Positions 27,543-36,871 of a stretch of 64,000 nucleotides of DNA are shown here, in pieces. The DNA lies in NCBI GenBank assembly GCA_963751005.1, contig CAVVSY010000012.1, forward strand, positions 27,557-91,556. Reading direction: 5' to 3'. The notes under the pieces were generated by a model, which had not been told where the DNA came from, ran no database searches, and saw nothing but the letters and a program-made list of their open reading frames with translations. Origin of the DNA: an uncultured bacterium (GTDB lineage: Bacteria; Actinomycetota; Acidimicrobiia; Spongiisociales; ZC4RG35). A program made the translations under genes and the position numbers. Numbering within the stretch: position 1 is the stretch's first letter; each line of letters opens with the position of its first letter.

Positions 27543-28601
27543 TCAGATCGCGGCGAACCATCCGGTGGCACCACGGTCCGCCAGCCAGTTCTGGTGGGGA
27601 TGGAACATGTATCGCCCGTAGTCGGGGAGGGTGAACTCGATGATGGCGCGCTGCGCCTGGGCCAGGGCGATGGTGTCGTCCCGGAAGACGGGGCGGTCCC
27701 CCATGCCGGCCGGGTAGACGTCGAAGGTCTGGGCATGGAGATGGAACGAGGCCAGCGGCTCGTACTCCAGCATGTTGACGACGTAGGCGCGCACCGGCTC
27801 GTCCCGGCGCACCTTGATCGGGAAGGCGTCGTAGAAGCCGGCGACGCCGTTCCAGGCGACCACCCCGTTGCGCCCGATTTCGGTGTTGGAGAAGCCCGAG
27901 AGGAGAAGCGAGATCTCTTGCGCCGGCGGGCGACCACCTGGCGGGTCCACGATCATCGTCCCGTAGAGCCCGCGGGCGATGTGCTCCGCCAAGGGTGCGG
28001 TGTGACAGTGGTAGGGGTGGAGCCCGGCGGGGCCGGCGACGATCTCGTAGACCGTCTCGCCCCCGGGAGGGATCGGCTCCCACCCATCCATCTCCGGTCG
28101 ATGGGCGCCATGGAAGTGGATGCTGTGGGCGTGGCCCGTGTGGTTCTCCATATGGATCCGCAGGGTGTCGCCCTCGGTGGCGCGAATGATCGGGCCGGGG
28201 ACGGTGCCGTCGTAGGTCCACGCCTCGACGAAGACCTCGTGACCCACCTCGACGAGACGTTCTTCCACCCGTATCTCCAGTTCCCGGACCGACCCCGCCG
28301 GCAGGCCATCCGGCGCCGGAGGAAAAGTGTGGGCGGCCAACGCCTGCGCCTGGAGATGACGCGGCGGCCCGAGCCCATGGCCGTAAACGGAGTCGAGGAC
28401 GTCGTCGCCGACGGTCATCGCCCCGTCTCGTGATAGACCTCGTCCGGGACAGTCGTACCCGCTGCCTTCGTCCCGCACCGAGGCACCGAGCAGAGACCCC
28501 CCGAGCAGCGCCGCCCCTCCCAGGCCCGCCTTCTTCAGCAGGTCACGACGGGAGACACCCCCATCCGAGGGCGAGTCGGGCACGGCGTCAGACCACCCCA
28601 C
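27543..28601 (-). CDS. Tat-exported two-domain multicopper oxidase (NirK-related fold)
   Basis: ORF 27543..28601. Twin-arginine signal (SRRDLLKKAGLGGAAL). Copper motifs HSIHFHG and YHCHTAPLAEHIARGL lie in domain 1. FHLHAQ and FHPHQNW lie in domain 2. Intact. Confidence 0.8.
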   Translation of the reverse strand: MGWSDAVPDSPSDGGVSRRDLLKKAGLGGAALLGGSLLGASVRDEGSGYDCPGRGLSRDGAMTVGDDVLDSVYGHGLGPPRHLQAQALAAHTFPPAPDGLPAGSVRELEIRVEERLVEVGHEVFVEAWTYDGTVPGPIIRATEGDTLRIHMENHTGHAHSIHFHGAHRPEMDGWEPIPPGGETVYEIVAGPAGLHPYHCHTAPLAEHIARGLYGTMIVDPPGGRPPAQEISLLLSGFSNTEIGRNGVVAWNGVAGFYDAFPIKVRRDEPVRAYVVNMLEYEPLASFHLHAQTFDVYPAGMGDRPVFRDDTIALAQAQRAIIEFTLPDYGRYMFHPHQNWLADRGATGWFAAI

Positions 28602-28903
28602 CGACCACTAGGCCGAGCACCAGGAAGAGCAGATACGCCCCGATTCCCCCGGCGAGCAGCACCCACCGGTAGGCGGCCGGGATCTGGCTCTTGCCGAAGA
28701 TGTAGTAGGCGATCACACCGAGGAACGGCACGATCAGGATGGTCAGGATCCACCCGATCCCGGCGCCCCGGCTCAGGTCCTCGCGTTTGGTGACGATCTC
28801 CCAGACCGCGATCGCCACCCATGGCGGCATAGAGGACGAGGGGCAGGACATAGGCGTAGAGGCCGATGAACCCGCCGAAGAAGGTGGCGAAGGTCACTCC
28901 CAT
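28588..28903 (-). pseudogene. PLDc_N-type small membrane protein (may instead be the C-terminal module of the upstream gene), one frame break near 28825
   Basis: ORF 28588..28851 carries WVAIAVWEIVTKREDLSRGAGIGWILTILIVPFLGVIAYYIFG. The N-terminal TM (MGVTFATFFGGFIGLYAYVLPLVLY) is in the frame of ORF 28535..29212. No stop separates it from the NosD-like reading frame. Confidence 0.55.
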
Positions 28904-30245
28904 GATGTTGAACCCTTTCTGTTGGGTGACTTCGAGGCCGTTCCCGGCCGGCACGGATATGGCGTCGAGATCGGGCTCGGCCGATGCGAAGACATTCACT
29001 GCGGGGACGACCGGGGCGTCGACGCCACCGGGCATCTGCGGCTGCGGGCCGGGGTGGGGCATGTCCCCGTAGAAGACCTCGGTGTCGAGGCCGAGCCCGA
29101 ACTGGATGACCCGCCCGAATTGGGCCGAGAGCGCACCCAGCTCCCAGAGGGCAGGGAAGCGGAAGACCGTCGCAGGGCTGCTTGAACTCCAGACGCGGCC
29201 GGCATCGTCCACCCGAACTCATTGTCGCTGAAGCAGTTGCCCGGCCCGCCGGGGCCGGTCAGGGTCAGATCGCCCAGCCCGGAGCCCCGCGACGACATTG
29301 GCGGAGACCGTGTTGTCCGACGACATCCACACGTTCTTGTCGACGTTGGGGAACACCTGGATCCCGTTGAGGGGATGGTTGACCACGCGGTTCTTCGTGA
29401 CCAGCGACCTCTCGACCCCGGCCATGGCGATGCCGATGCCCTGGGTCGCCCATTGCGCGCCCTTGTGGGGGAACTCCCCATATCCGTTGTCGTGGATCAG
29501 GTTGCCCGGCAACCACCACGTCCTCGGCCGGAGGCAGCAGCTCGCCGTCGAGCGAGTTGGGCGCCATCCCGGTCCCGTTGAAGCGAAACACGTTGTTGAC
29601 GATGTACATGTTGGTCGAGGCATTGGACCCGGAGTAGCCCAGCCCGCTGTACTCCCCGATCGAGTCGGTGAGGACCGCGTCGCAGGGATTGCACTGACCC
29701 ACGTAGTAGGAAGCATCCGGCGACCCGGAGGCATACGAGTGCTCGAAGAGACCATCCCCGGAGTCGAAGGCGTAGATCCCGTAGTCGCCGTTGTTGATCG
29801 CGGTGACATACGACGCCCGGAAACCCCGGACGCCACTCCAGAACACCCCATTGAGACGGTGGTTCATCGTGGTGAGGTTCTCCACCACCACCCCGTCGGT
29901 GAAGAGGGCCTGGACCCCGTTGGCACGCTCGAACTCACCGTCGATGATCACCTCGTTGCGGTCGACCCCGCGAATGGTCAGCCCGGGGGTCTTCACGTCC
30001 ACGGCCTCGCGGTAAACACCCCGCTCGATGAGGACGAGATCACCAGGTTCGGCGGAGTCCACCGCAGCCTGGATCGTGGGGTACTCCGCCGGGACATGGC
30101 GGGTCACTCCGGACCACTCCGCCGGCGAAGCGGTGGAAGGGTCACCGGTGGCGGCCGGTGCGGCATCACCTTCCGGGGGGCCGGCGCAGGCTGCCAGCGC
30201 CAGGGCGGCGAAGATGGAGGCGACGGCGACGGACAGGCGCCGCAC
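28904..30245 (-). pseudogene. lipoprotein with right-handed parallel beta-helix repeats (NosD-like), at least 3 frame breaks
   Basis: GTG 30245 lies behind GGAGGG, with a lipobox (FAALALAAC). ORF 29265..30416 carries repeated NxxxGI-type turns (NNGDYGIYAF, NVFRFNGTGM). The continuation NLIHDNGYGEF...GIGIAMAGVERSLVTKNRVVNHPLNGIQVF is in 29219..29851. The remainder is in 28996..29481 and 28535..29212. Confidence 0.65.
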
Positions 30246-30249
30246 TTGC

Positions 30250-30633
30250 CTATCCCTCCCCGACGATGAGGGTTCCCGCCATCCCGTCTCCCTCGGCGCT
30301 GCCGTGGTAGGTGCAGTAGAAGACGTAGGTGCCGGCGGTGTCGTAGGTGAGGGGGGCCTCGTCGCCCTCCAGTTGGTCGAGACTCCCGAATACGGTCTCG
30401 GTCGACCAAGCGCCATCGGCGTCGACGGCGTTGTGCGGGTTGCGACCGGCGCCCACCCAGGTCACCGTGCCACCGACCGGGATCTCGATCTCGGTGTACT
30501 CGAAACGGTTGTCGAACATGTCGACAGTCACGTCCTCTCCCTGGATCGACTCACCACCCTCGTCTGCCGATCCGCCACACGCGAAGAGGAGGGTGGCGCC
30601 CGCGACGGCGAGCACCAGGATGCGTCGTCTCAC
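30250..30633 (-). CDS. cupredoxin-fold blue copper lipoprotein
   Basis: ORF 30250..30672. The GTG at 30633 overlaps the coxG-like stop (GTGA); an ATG at 30672 is the alternative start. Lipobox LLFAC. Type-1 Cu ligand pattern NPHN ... FYCTYH ... GMAG. Intact. Confidence 0.75.
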   Translation of the reverse strand: MRRRILVLAVAGATLLFACGGSADEGGESIQGEDVTVDMFDNRFEYTEIEIPVGGTVTWVGAGRNPHNAVDADGAWSTETVFGSLDQLEGDEAPLTYDTAGTYVFYCTYHGSAEGDGMAGTLIVGEG

Positions 30634-31187
30634 TCCTTGGAGCCTCCGAAGACACCCTTCAACCAGGCCCACAACGAGGAGAAGAACAAAGAGAGGCCCT
30701 TGACCTCCTTGGCCTTGATCGCCTCGGCCTCGGCGGGTGTGGCCGCCGAGAGCTTGCCCTCGAGACAGGCGACGAAGTCACCGATCAGACGTTTCGACAT
30801 CTCGTTGATGAGACCGGTCCGGCCGAATTGGGCCGCCGGGCCCGAAAGGGTCACGTCGGCGTCGACGAGGACATGACAACCGTCGCTGTGCTCGTTGATG
30901 TCGTAGACGACAGAGACCTGGCCTCTGGAGCCGCCCTTCTTGTCGACACCCTTTCCCTCGATCTTGGCCGACATGTTGCCGGGGTCCGGTGTGATGACGC
31001 ATTTGCCCTCGAAAGCGGCTGTCATCGGGCCCATCTTCACCGCCAGGGTGCCGTCATACGACCCGTCATCGCCTTTGCCGGCGAGATTCGCCCCGGGGAG
31101 GCATTCCGCCACCGATGGGATGTCCTGAAAGAACTCCCAGACCTCTTGCGGCGGCCGCGCCACCACGAACTCCTGTGTGATCTTCAT
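30630..31187 (-). CDS. SRPBCC-fold CoxG-like protein
   Basis: ORF 30630..31187. MKITQEFVVARPPQEVWEFFQDIPSVAECLPGA is typical of the CO dehydrogenase subunit G family. Intact. Confidence 0.75.
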   Translation of the reverse strand: MKITQEFVVARPPQEVWEFFQDIPSVAECLPGANLAGKGDDGSYDGTLAVKMGPMTAAFEGKCVITPDPGNMSAKIEGKGVDKKGGSRGQVSVVYDINEHSDGCHVLVDADVTLSGPAAQFGRTGLINEMSKRLIGDFVACLEGKLSAATPAEAEAIKAKEVKGLSLFFSSLWAWLKGVFGGSKE

Positions 31188-31245
31188 CGCTCTCCAAGAT
31201 GTGTCGCCGAGCGCGTGCGAGCGTAGTGGCCGCCGAGCCTCTACC

Positions 31246-31728
31246 TCAATGGTGGCGGTTGTCGCCGGAGAGAAGCTGGATGATATGAGGGATCAGCTCG
31301 AGGATCGCCGCCAGATTCTCGGTCGCCCCCTTCGGTGAGCCGGGCAGGTTCACCACCAATGCGTTGCCCACCGTCCCCGCGGTGCCCCGGGTCAACGCCG
31401 CCATCGGCGTCGCCTCCAGACCTCTGGCGATCATCGCCTGGACCAGACCGGGGGCGGTTCGCTCCAATATCGCGGCCGTCGCCTCGGGAGTGACGTCGCG
31501 GAGTCCGAAACCGGTGCCACCGGTCGTCACCACGAGCTGATGGGCGGCTGCAGCGGACAGGATCGCGGCGCTGATTCGATCGGCCTCGTCGGGCACCAGG
31601 TCGCGGCTGACCTGGAAACCCGCCTCTGTGAGCATGGTCTCCAGGGCATCACCGGATCCGTCATCACGCTCACCGGCGGCGACACCGTCGCTGATGGTGA
31701 TGACCGCGGCCAGAGGGGTGACGCTCAC
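31246..31728 (-). CDS. MogA/MoaB-family molybdopterin adenylyltransferase
   Basis: ORF 31246..31728 with VVTTGGTGFGLRDVTPEA and NLPGSPKGA motifs. Intact. Confidence 0.85.
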   Translation of the reverse strand: MSVTPLAAVITISDGVAAGERDDGSGDALETMLTEAGFQVSRDLVPDEADRISAAILSAAAAHQLVVTTGGTGFGLRDVTPEATAAILERTAPGLVQAMIARGLEATPMAALTRGTAGTVGNALVVNLPGSPKGATENLAAILELIPHIIQLLSGDNRHH

Positions 31729-31744
31729 CGGCGAGTGTCGGTGG

Positions 31745-32614
31745 CTACTCGCCCCATGCGCGGGGGTCGACCGCGACCCCGCCCTGGAGCACGCCGAGGA
31801 AGAAGACCAGCAAGAAGAGCAGGAAGACGAGGAGACCCCAAGGCCACGGGGTCACCCGCTCCTCCTCGGGGCCGATGACTGTGGTCGTGCCCGGGGCGGC
31901 GGCCAGCGTGGCCAGGAACATCACCGCGGTCAAGGGAAGGCCCGGGAGGACCAGACCTCCGGTGTCGGGGAGGAAGAACGGGATGGCAGCGAACGCGGAC
32001 GCCACCGCCGGGATGAGGGCGATCCAAAGGGCGAAGACCAGACGCTTGCGAGCATTGGCGACGAGACGTCGGTGTGGTGTGTAGGCCAGGAAGGCGGCGG
32101 CGGCGGCGAGGGCGACGAGGAGGAGACCCACCCCTCCACCTGCGGCGATCACGACGTCCAGGCCGGGCGGGGCATCGAAGGTCCCGTACGCGAGCGCCAG
32201 CTGGCTGTCGTCGGCGAAGGGGAGCATCACCGCCTGGGTGAGCGCCTGACGGAGCACGTGGAGGAGCGTCCACAGCAGGATCAACCGCGAGACACTCTGG
32301 CCTCGCTGGGTCGGGTAGACGAACAGGGCGAAGAGACCGATGATCAGACAGAGGACGAAGCCACCGCCCCAGGCGAGGTCCGACGCTCCGGTGAACTCGA
32401 CGCGGTTGTTGAAGAGGACGGCATCGCCGCCGAGGAACTCGGCGAGCAGGCCGTCACCGAGGTCGTCGAGGAACTGGGCAAGGACGATCCCGAGAGTCGA
32501 GGCCAGGGCGGAGGCGAGCACGAGGGCAGGCCCGATCCGCGAAACCACGCGCGGAGTCTCGGTGGTGGAGGCCTCTGTCGTCACTCGGTGGAATGCTAAA
32601 CGAGAATCCGCCAC
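31745..32614 (-). CDS. hypothetical polytopic membrane protein
   Basis: ORF 31745..32614 with at least 6 hydrophobic segments. I recognise no family. The start is uncertain (GTG 32614 or a downstream GTG). Intact. Confidence 0.5.
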   Translation of the reverse strand: MADSRLAFHRVTTEASTTETPRVVSRIGPALVLASALASTLGIVLAQFLDDLGDGLLAEFLGGDAVLFNNRVEFTGASDLAWGGGFVLCLIIGLFALFVYPTQRGQSVSRLILLWTLLHVLRQALTQAVMLPFADDSQLALAYGTFDAPPGLDVVIAAGGGVGLLLVALAAAAAFLAYTPHRRLVANARKRLVFALWIALIPAVASAFAAIPFFLPDTGGLVLPGLPLTAVMFLATLAAAPGTTTVIGPEEERVTPWPWGLLVFLLFLLVFFLGVLQGGVAVDPRAWGE

Positions 32615-32645
32615 CTCAAAGGGTCTCGGTTACCGTTTCGCAGCC

Positions 32646-33476
32646 ATGAGCCACGACTACGAGGGCGTCTACCTGCCCGGGCCCACCCTCTCCGTGTATC
32701 AGTCGACACCGCTGGCGAATGCAGGGTGGTATGACGAGGGCCAGCACGGCGGTGCCTTCGCCTCGCTGATCGTGGGCCACGTCGAGGCAACGGTGCCGAC
32801 GCTGGCCCCGATGGAGATCGATCGGGTAACTGTCGAGATCTTCCGGGTCATCCCCCTCGTCGACCTCAGGATCGAGACCGAGGTCATCAGGGAGGGGAAG
32901 CGGATCCAGAGTGTCGAGGCGCGCACCTTCGACGACTCCGGCACCCTGCTCTCGGTGGCCACGATCCAGCGATTGCGGGTGGCCGAGCTCGCTCTGCCAG
33001 ATGACGCACAGCCTCCGGCTCTGGAGCTCCCGCGACCCGACGAGATCGAGGGCTCCGTCGGAGAGGCCTGGGGTGTGGGCCAGGTGGGCAAGCCGATGTT
33101 CCACAGACATGCCATGGAGATCCGGGAGATCTTCGGCGGATTCGGTGAAAAGGGCCCGGGGGCGGTCTGGATGCGTCTCACCAAGCCCATAGTCGCCGGG
33201 AGGGAGACCACCCCGGCGCAACGAGCCGTGGCCACCGCCGATTTCTGCAACGGCATCAGCCGTGGCCTCGACACCGATCGGTGGGTGTTCATGAATCCCG
33301 ACCTCACCGTCCATCTCGCCCGCTACCCCGCCGGCGAGTGGATCGGGCTCTCCGCAGAGTCCGGGTACCAGAGTCTGGGCCGCGGCGTCGCCATGGGAAC
33401 ACTGTGGGACACCGAAGGATGGCTGGGCCGCTCGACGCAGAGCCTGTATCTCGACGAGGTGCCTGCGCCCGGTTAG
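32646..33476 (+). CDS. thioesterase-superfamily (double hot-dog, TesB-like) protein
   Basis: ATG 32646 in ORF 32340..33476. Two hot-dog halves (QHGGAFASLIVGHVE... and ADFCNGISRG...). Intact. Confidence 0.6.
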   Translation: MSHDYEGVYLPGPTLSVYQSTPLANAGWYDEGQHGGAFASLIVGHVEATVPTLAPMEIDRVTVEIFRVIPLVDLRIETEVIREGKRIQSVEARTFDDSGTLLSVATIQRLRVAELALPDDAQPPALELPRPDEIEGSVGEAWGVGQVGKPMFHRHAMEIREIFGGFGEKGPGAVWMRLTKPIVAGRETTPAQRAVATADFCNGISRGLDTDRWVFMNPDLTVHLARYPAGEWIGLSAESGYQSLGRGVAMGTLWDTEGWLGRSTQSLYLDEVPAPG

Positions 33477-33727
33477 ACCGCGAGGAGGAGTGTCCCCACG
33501 GTCCACACCACGAAGAGCCCGATCCCGGCCACGAGCACCGGGCCGGTGCGACGCCAGCTCAGTGCCATCCAGATACCGGTCGCGGCGGACGTGACCGCCA
33601 GCGTCACCGTCCACCATGTCGGGACCAGCCCGGCGGCGGCCGCTCCGATGATGAGGATCACGACGACCACCACGAAGCCAGCGGCTACCAGCGCGTAGAG
33701 AACCTGGCGCGGAGTGGGCTCGCTCAC
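33473..33727 (-). CDS. small hypothetical membrane protein (3 TM)
   Basis: ORF 33473..33763. The GTG at 33727 overlaps the mug stop (GTGA). Intact. Confidence 0.45.
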   Translation of the reverse strand: MSEPTPRQVLYALVAAGFVVVVVILIIGAAAAGLVPTWWTVTLAVTSAATGIWMALSWRRTGPVLVAGIGLFVVWTVGTLLLAV

Positions 33728-34287
33728 GGCAGACCTGCCGCATCGGCGGCTGCTCGGTACCAAACCGCCAGGCTCGCCACCGTCTCGTGAGCATTCAGCC
33801 CGCTCGGGTTGGGGACCACCCAGAGCCGCGCTGGCCCGAGGTCCTCGGGCTGCGGCCCCAGCACCGCCCCACGCACCCCAAAGGCGTCGCGGTAGGCGCT
33901 GACGCCGGCAACGGCCACCACTTGGGGCGCCACCGCCTCGACCCGGCGGACCAACCGCTCCCCTCCGGAGCGCAACTCCTCCGCATTCAGCTCCGACGCC
34001 CGCACCGTTGCCCGCTCCACCAGGTTGCTGATCCCGATCCCCCGATCGACCAGGTCAACCCGCTGCTCGTCGCTCATCCCGCTGTCCGTGTCGACACTCC
34101 ACTCGATGAGGCGGGCGTGTCGAAGGGCCGGATAGAACCGATTCGAGGGGTGACAGAAATGGGTCTGGGTGGCGGCGGTCCACAGCCCGGGGTTGATCCC
34201 GACGAACAACAGTCGGCAACCAGGGCCGATCAGGTCGGGGACGGTGGCGTCGCGAAAAGTCTCGAGCTGAGCACGGGTGAAACCCAC
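33724..34287 (-). CDS. mug: G/U mismatch-specific DNA glycosylase
   Basis: C-terminal part of ORF 33724..35028. LLFVGINPGLWTAATQTHFCHPSNRFY and VVPNPSGLN motifs. I chose the GTG at 34287 because the upstream gene ends at 34341. Confidence 0.8.
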   Translation of the reverse strand: MGFTRAQLETFRDATVPDLIGPGCRLLFVGINPGLWTAATQTHFCHPSNRFYPALRHARLIEWSVDTDSGMSDEQRVDLVDRGIGISNLVERATVRASELNAEELRSGGERLVRRVEAVAPQVVAVAGVSAYRDAFGVRGAVLGPQPEDLGPARLWVVPNPSGLNAHETVASLAVWYRAAADAAGLP

Positions 34288-34340
34288 CGGGCGACGATAG
34301 GTGCCTCCTCGCGTCCGCAGACCCGGCTGCGGCGGGTCGG

Positions 34341-34955
34341 CTACTTCTTCTGGCTCTGGTAGTAGGGGTCCTCGCCCGAGGCGTGGTCGGTCACATCGAC
34401 GACCTGACTCAACTCGGGTATGGACTCCAGGATGATCCGCTCGATGCCCTGTTTCAGGGTCACCTGAGCCAGACCGCATCCCTGGCAGCCGCCGAACAGA
34501 CGGAGATAGGCGATGGTCCCATCGACGGACACCAGCTCGGCACCGCCACCATGCGAGGCGATGGCGGGGTTGACCTGTTCCGTCAGCACTTGCTGGACCC
34601 GATCGACCAGGGGACCTTCCAGGTCCCCGGTCGGGGCACCCATCGTGGGAGGTGCCGGCGAGTTGGGGTTGTTCATCGCCAGACCCTGTTCGGTCAGCTC
34701 GAGGGCGGCGCCGTCGAGCTTGCCGACATCCGCCTTGGGAAAGATGACCGCGAGGTCGTCGTGACGCTCCTCTTGCCAGTTCTCCGCCTTGTCGGCGAGG
34801 GGCACGAACGCCAGCTCGTAGGAGAATTGGGGCCCGCGGAACCCGGTCACCTCGATCGACAGGGCAAATTCCCCGTCGCCGGGCTCGGCGTCGCGCAGCT
34901 GTCGGATCATGTCCAGTGCGTCTGGTGCGATCGTGAGAACGGTCTCGGTAGACAT
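34341..34955 (-). CDS. Fe-S cluster biogenesis protein (HesB-like N-terminal domain + Nfu domain)
   Basis: ORF 34341..34964 with ATG 34955. C-terminal Nfu motif LRLFGGCQGCGLA. Intact. Confidence 0.8.
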   Translation of the reverse strand: MSTETVLTIAPDALDMIRQLRDAEPGDGEFALSIEVTGFRGPQFSYELAFVPLADKAENWQEERHDDLAVIFPKADVGKLDGAALELTEQGLAMNNPNSPAPPTMGAPTGDLEGPLVDRVQQVLTEQVNPAIASHGGGAELVSVDGTIAYLRLFGGCQGCGLAQVTLKQGIERIILESIPELSQVVDVTDHASGEDPYYQSQKK

Positions 34956-34963
34956 CTGACACA

Positions 34964-36195
34964 ATGGTAGCCCTTGGGCCTCTCAAGCCAGATATGACCA
35001 CTGCCGTCGTCGTCCTCCCCTCCAGCACCTATCGCGCCAGCGACTTCTTCTCCGCAGCCGAGTCGCTGGGGGTGGATCTGATCGTCGCCTCGGAGCGACC
35101 TGCTCCCCTCGACATGGGGGACCGCTACGTCCAGATCGACTGCTCCGACCCGGCGGCGGCCGGCGAGACGATCGCTCTCCTCGGCGAGACATCACCGATC
35201 GACGGCGTAGTCGCCGCCGACGACGCCGGGGTCCTGGTGGCCGCCAACGCCGCCCGTTTGCTCGGTCTGCGAGGGAACGACCCCGAGGCGGCGCTCGCCA
35301 CCCGTGACAAGCTGCTGATGCGGGCCCGTCTGGCCGCTGCCGAAGTGGACCAGCCCGGTTTCGCCGGCGCCGGTCCCGTCGACGACATCGCCGGCGTCGC
35401 CGCCAGCGTCGGGTTCCCTCTGGTGATCAAGCCACTGGACAGGTCCGCCAGCCAGGGTGTGATTCGAATCGATCGACCGGACGACCTCGAAGCCGCGGCG
35501 ACCCGGATCCGCGCCATCGTCGGAGCGGGAGCGACGTTGCTCGTCGAGTCCTACGTGCCCGGTGCGGAGGTGGCGGTCGAGGGGATCATCCGCAACGGTG
35601 AGCTGGTGGTGCTCGCCGTGTTCGACAAGCCCGACACCGGGGAAGGCCCGTTCTTCCCCGAGACCATCTTCGTGACCCCTTCCCGACTGCCTCCCACGGA
35701 CCTCGAAGAGGCGCAGCGAGTTGCCGCCGCCGCGATCCGCGGTCTCGGCCTCGATCACGGCCCGGTCCACGTCGAGCTCCGCGTCGCTGGGGGCGGGCCC
35801 AGGTGATCGAGGTGGCCGCCCGTTCGATCGGCGGCCTGTGCTCCCGCAGCCTCGGGTTCGGCTTGATGGGGACCACTCTCGAGACCCTGATCCTCCGCAA
35901 CGCCCTCGGCCTGGACAAACCGGAGCTACAGCGGGAGAACGTCGCCAGTGGCGTCCTCATGATCCCCACCCCCCGGTCGGGTCGACTTCGAGCGGTGGAG
36001 GGTGAGCGGGAAACCCGCTCGATCCCGGGGATCACCGGCATCGACATCACCATGGTTCCGGGGCAAATGGTGGTTTCGCCCCCGGAGGGAGACGCCTACC
36101 TGGGTTTCGTCTACGCTCGTGCCGATACCGCCGATGCCGTGGAAACTGCGCTGAGAGCGGCCCGGGACACCCTTGAAGTTCAACTTGAGGGTTAG
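34964..36195 (+). pseudogene. ATP-grasp domain protein (amino-acid ligase-like), single frame break at 35795-35802
   Basis: ORF 34964..35806 (FPLVIKPLDRSASQGV, LLVESYVPGAEVAVEG, HVEL) continues as ORF 35803..36195 (IEVAARSIGG...). One base missing from the C-run in gggccc at 35795-35800 would explain the break. An alternative ATG lies at 34994. Confidence 0.75.
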
Positions 36196-36235
36196 GTCTT
36201 ACGCGCGCAATCGCGTGTAAGACGATTTTGTCATT
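36196..36235 (+). terminator. rho-independent terminator (12-bp stem, CAAU loop, U-rich tail)
   Basis: GTCTTACGCGCG-CAAT-CGCGTGTAAGAC followed by GATTTTGTCATTT. It starts 1 nt after the ATP-grasp stop. Confidence 0.75.
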
Positions 36236-36238
36236 TAG

Positions 36239-36865
36239 ATGGAAACCGTCCTGATCTTCGCCGGGGGTGATTTCCCCGCCACATCCCTCGCCGAGGAGCT
36301 GCCCGAGGCGGATCTGATCGTCGCCGCCGACTCGGGTTACGACCTGGCGATGGCGCAGGGATTCGCCGTCGACGTCCTGATCGGCGATCTCGACTCGATC
36401 GAGACCGAGCTCATCCCGGGGCATGTGATCGTGGAACGCCACCCCGCCGACAAGGACGCCACCGACCTCGAGCTCGCGCTGGCCCGGGTGGCCGCCGAGC
36501 ATCCGGAGCGAATCGTCGTGGTGGGCGGGGCCGGGGGGCGTGTCGATCACGAGATGGCCGTGGCGGCGTTGCTGACGTCGGAACGATGGTCGGATGTCAC
36601 CGAGATCGACTGGGTCACCGAACGGGGGTGGTCCTATGTCGTCCGGAGCCATCGCGCCATCCACGGCGATGTCGGAGCGATCATCAGTCTCATCCCCATG
36701 GGCGGGCCGGTCCGGGGGGTGACGACACGCGGCACCCGTTGGAACCTGGATGGGGCCACCCTCCCCCACGGGACGACCCACGGCGTGTCCAACGAGTTCG
36801 CCGCCCCGGTGATCGATGTCACCGTCACCGACGGTTGTCTCCTCGCCGTGGTTCCCGCCGGTTAG
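36239..36865 (+). CDS. thiamine pyrophosphokinase
   Basis: ORF 36239..36865. IVAADSGYD, IGDLDS, KDATDLELAL and a C-terminal thiamine-binding domain. Intact. Confidence 0.85.
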   Translation: METVLIFAGGDFPATSLAEELPEADLIVAADSGYDLAMAQGFAVDVLIGDLDSIETELIPGHVIVERHPADKDATDLELALARVAAEHPERIVVVGGAGGRVDHEMAVAALLTSERWSDVTEIDWVTERGWSYVVRSHRAIHGDVGAIISLIPMGGPVRGVTTRGTRWNLDGATLPHGTTHGVSNEFAAPVIDVTVTDGCLLAVVPAG

Positions 36866-36871
36866 ACCCCA

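Noticed and set aside
36196-36238. TPP riboswitch upstream of the thiamine pyrophosphokinase gene
   Set aside because: The 43-nt spacer is fully occupied by a simple terminator hairpin, and no CUGAGA or ACCUGA-type TPP aptamer elements are present.
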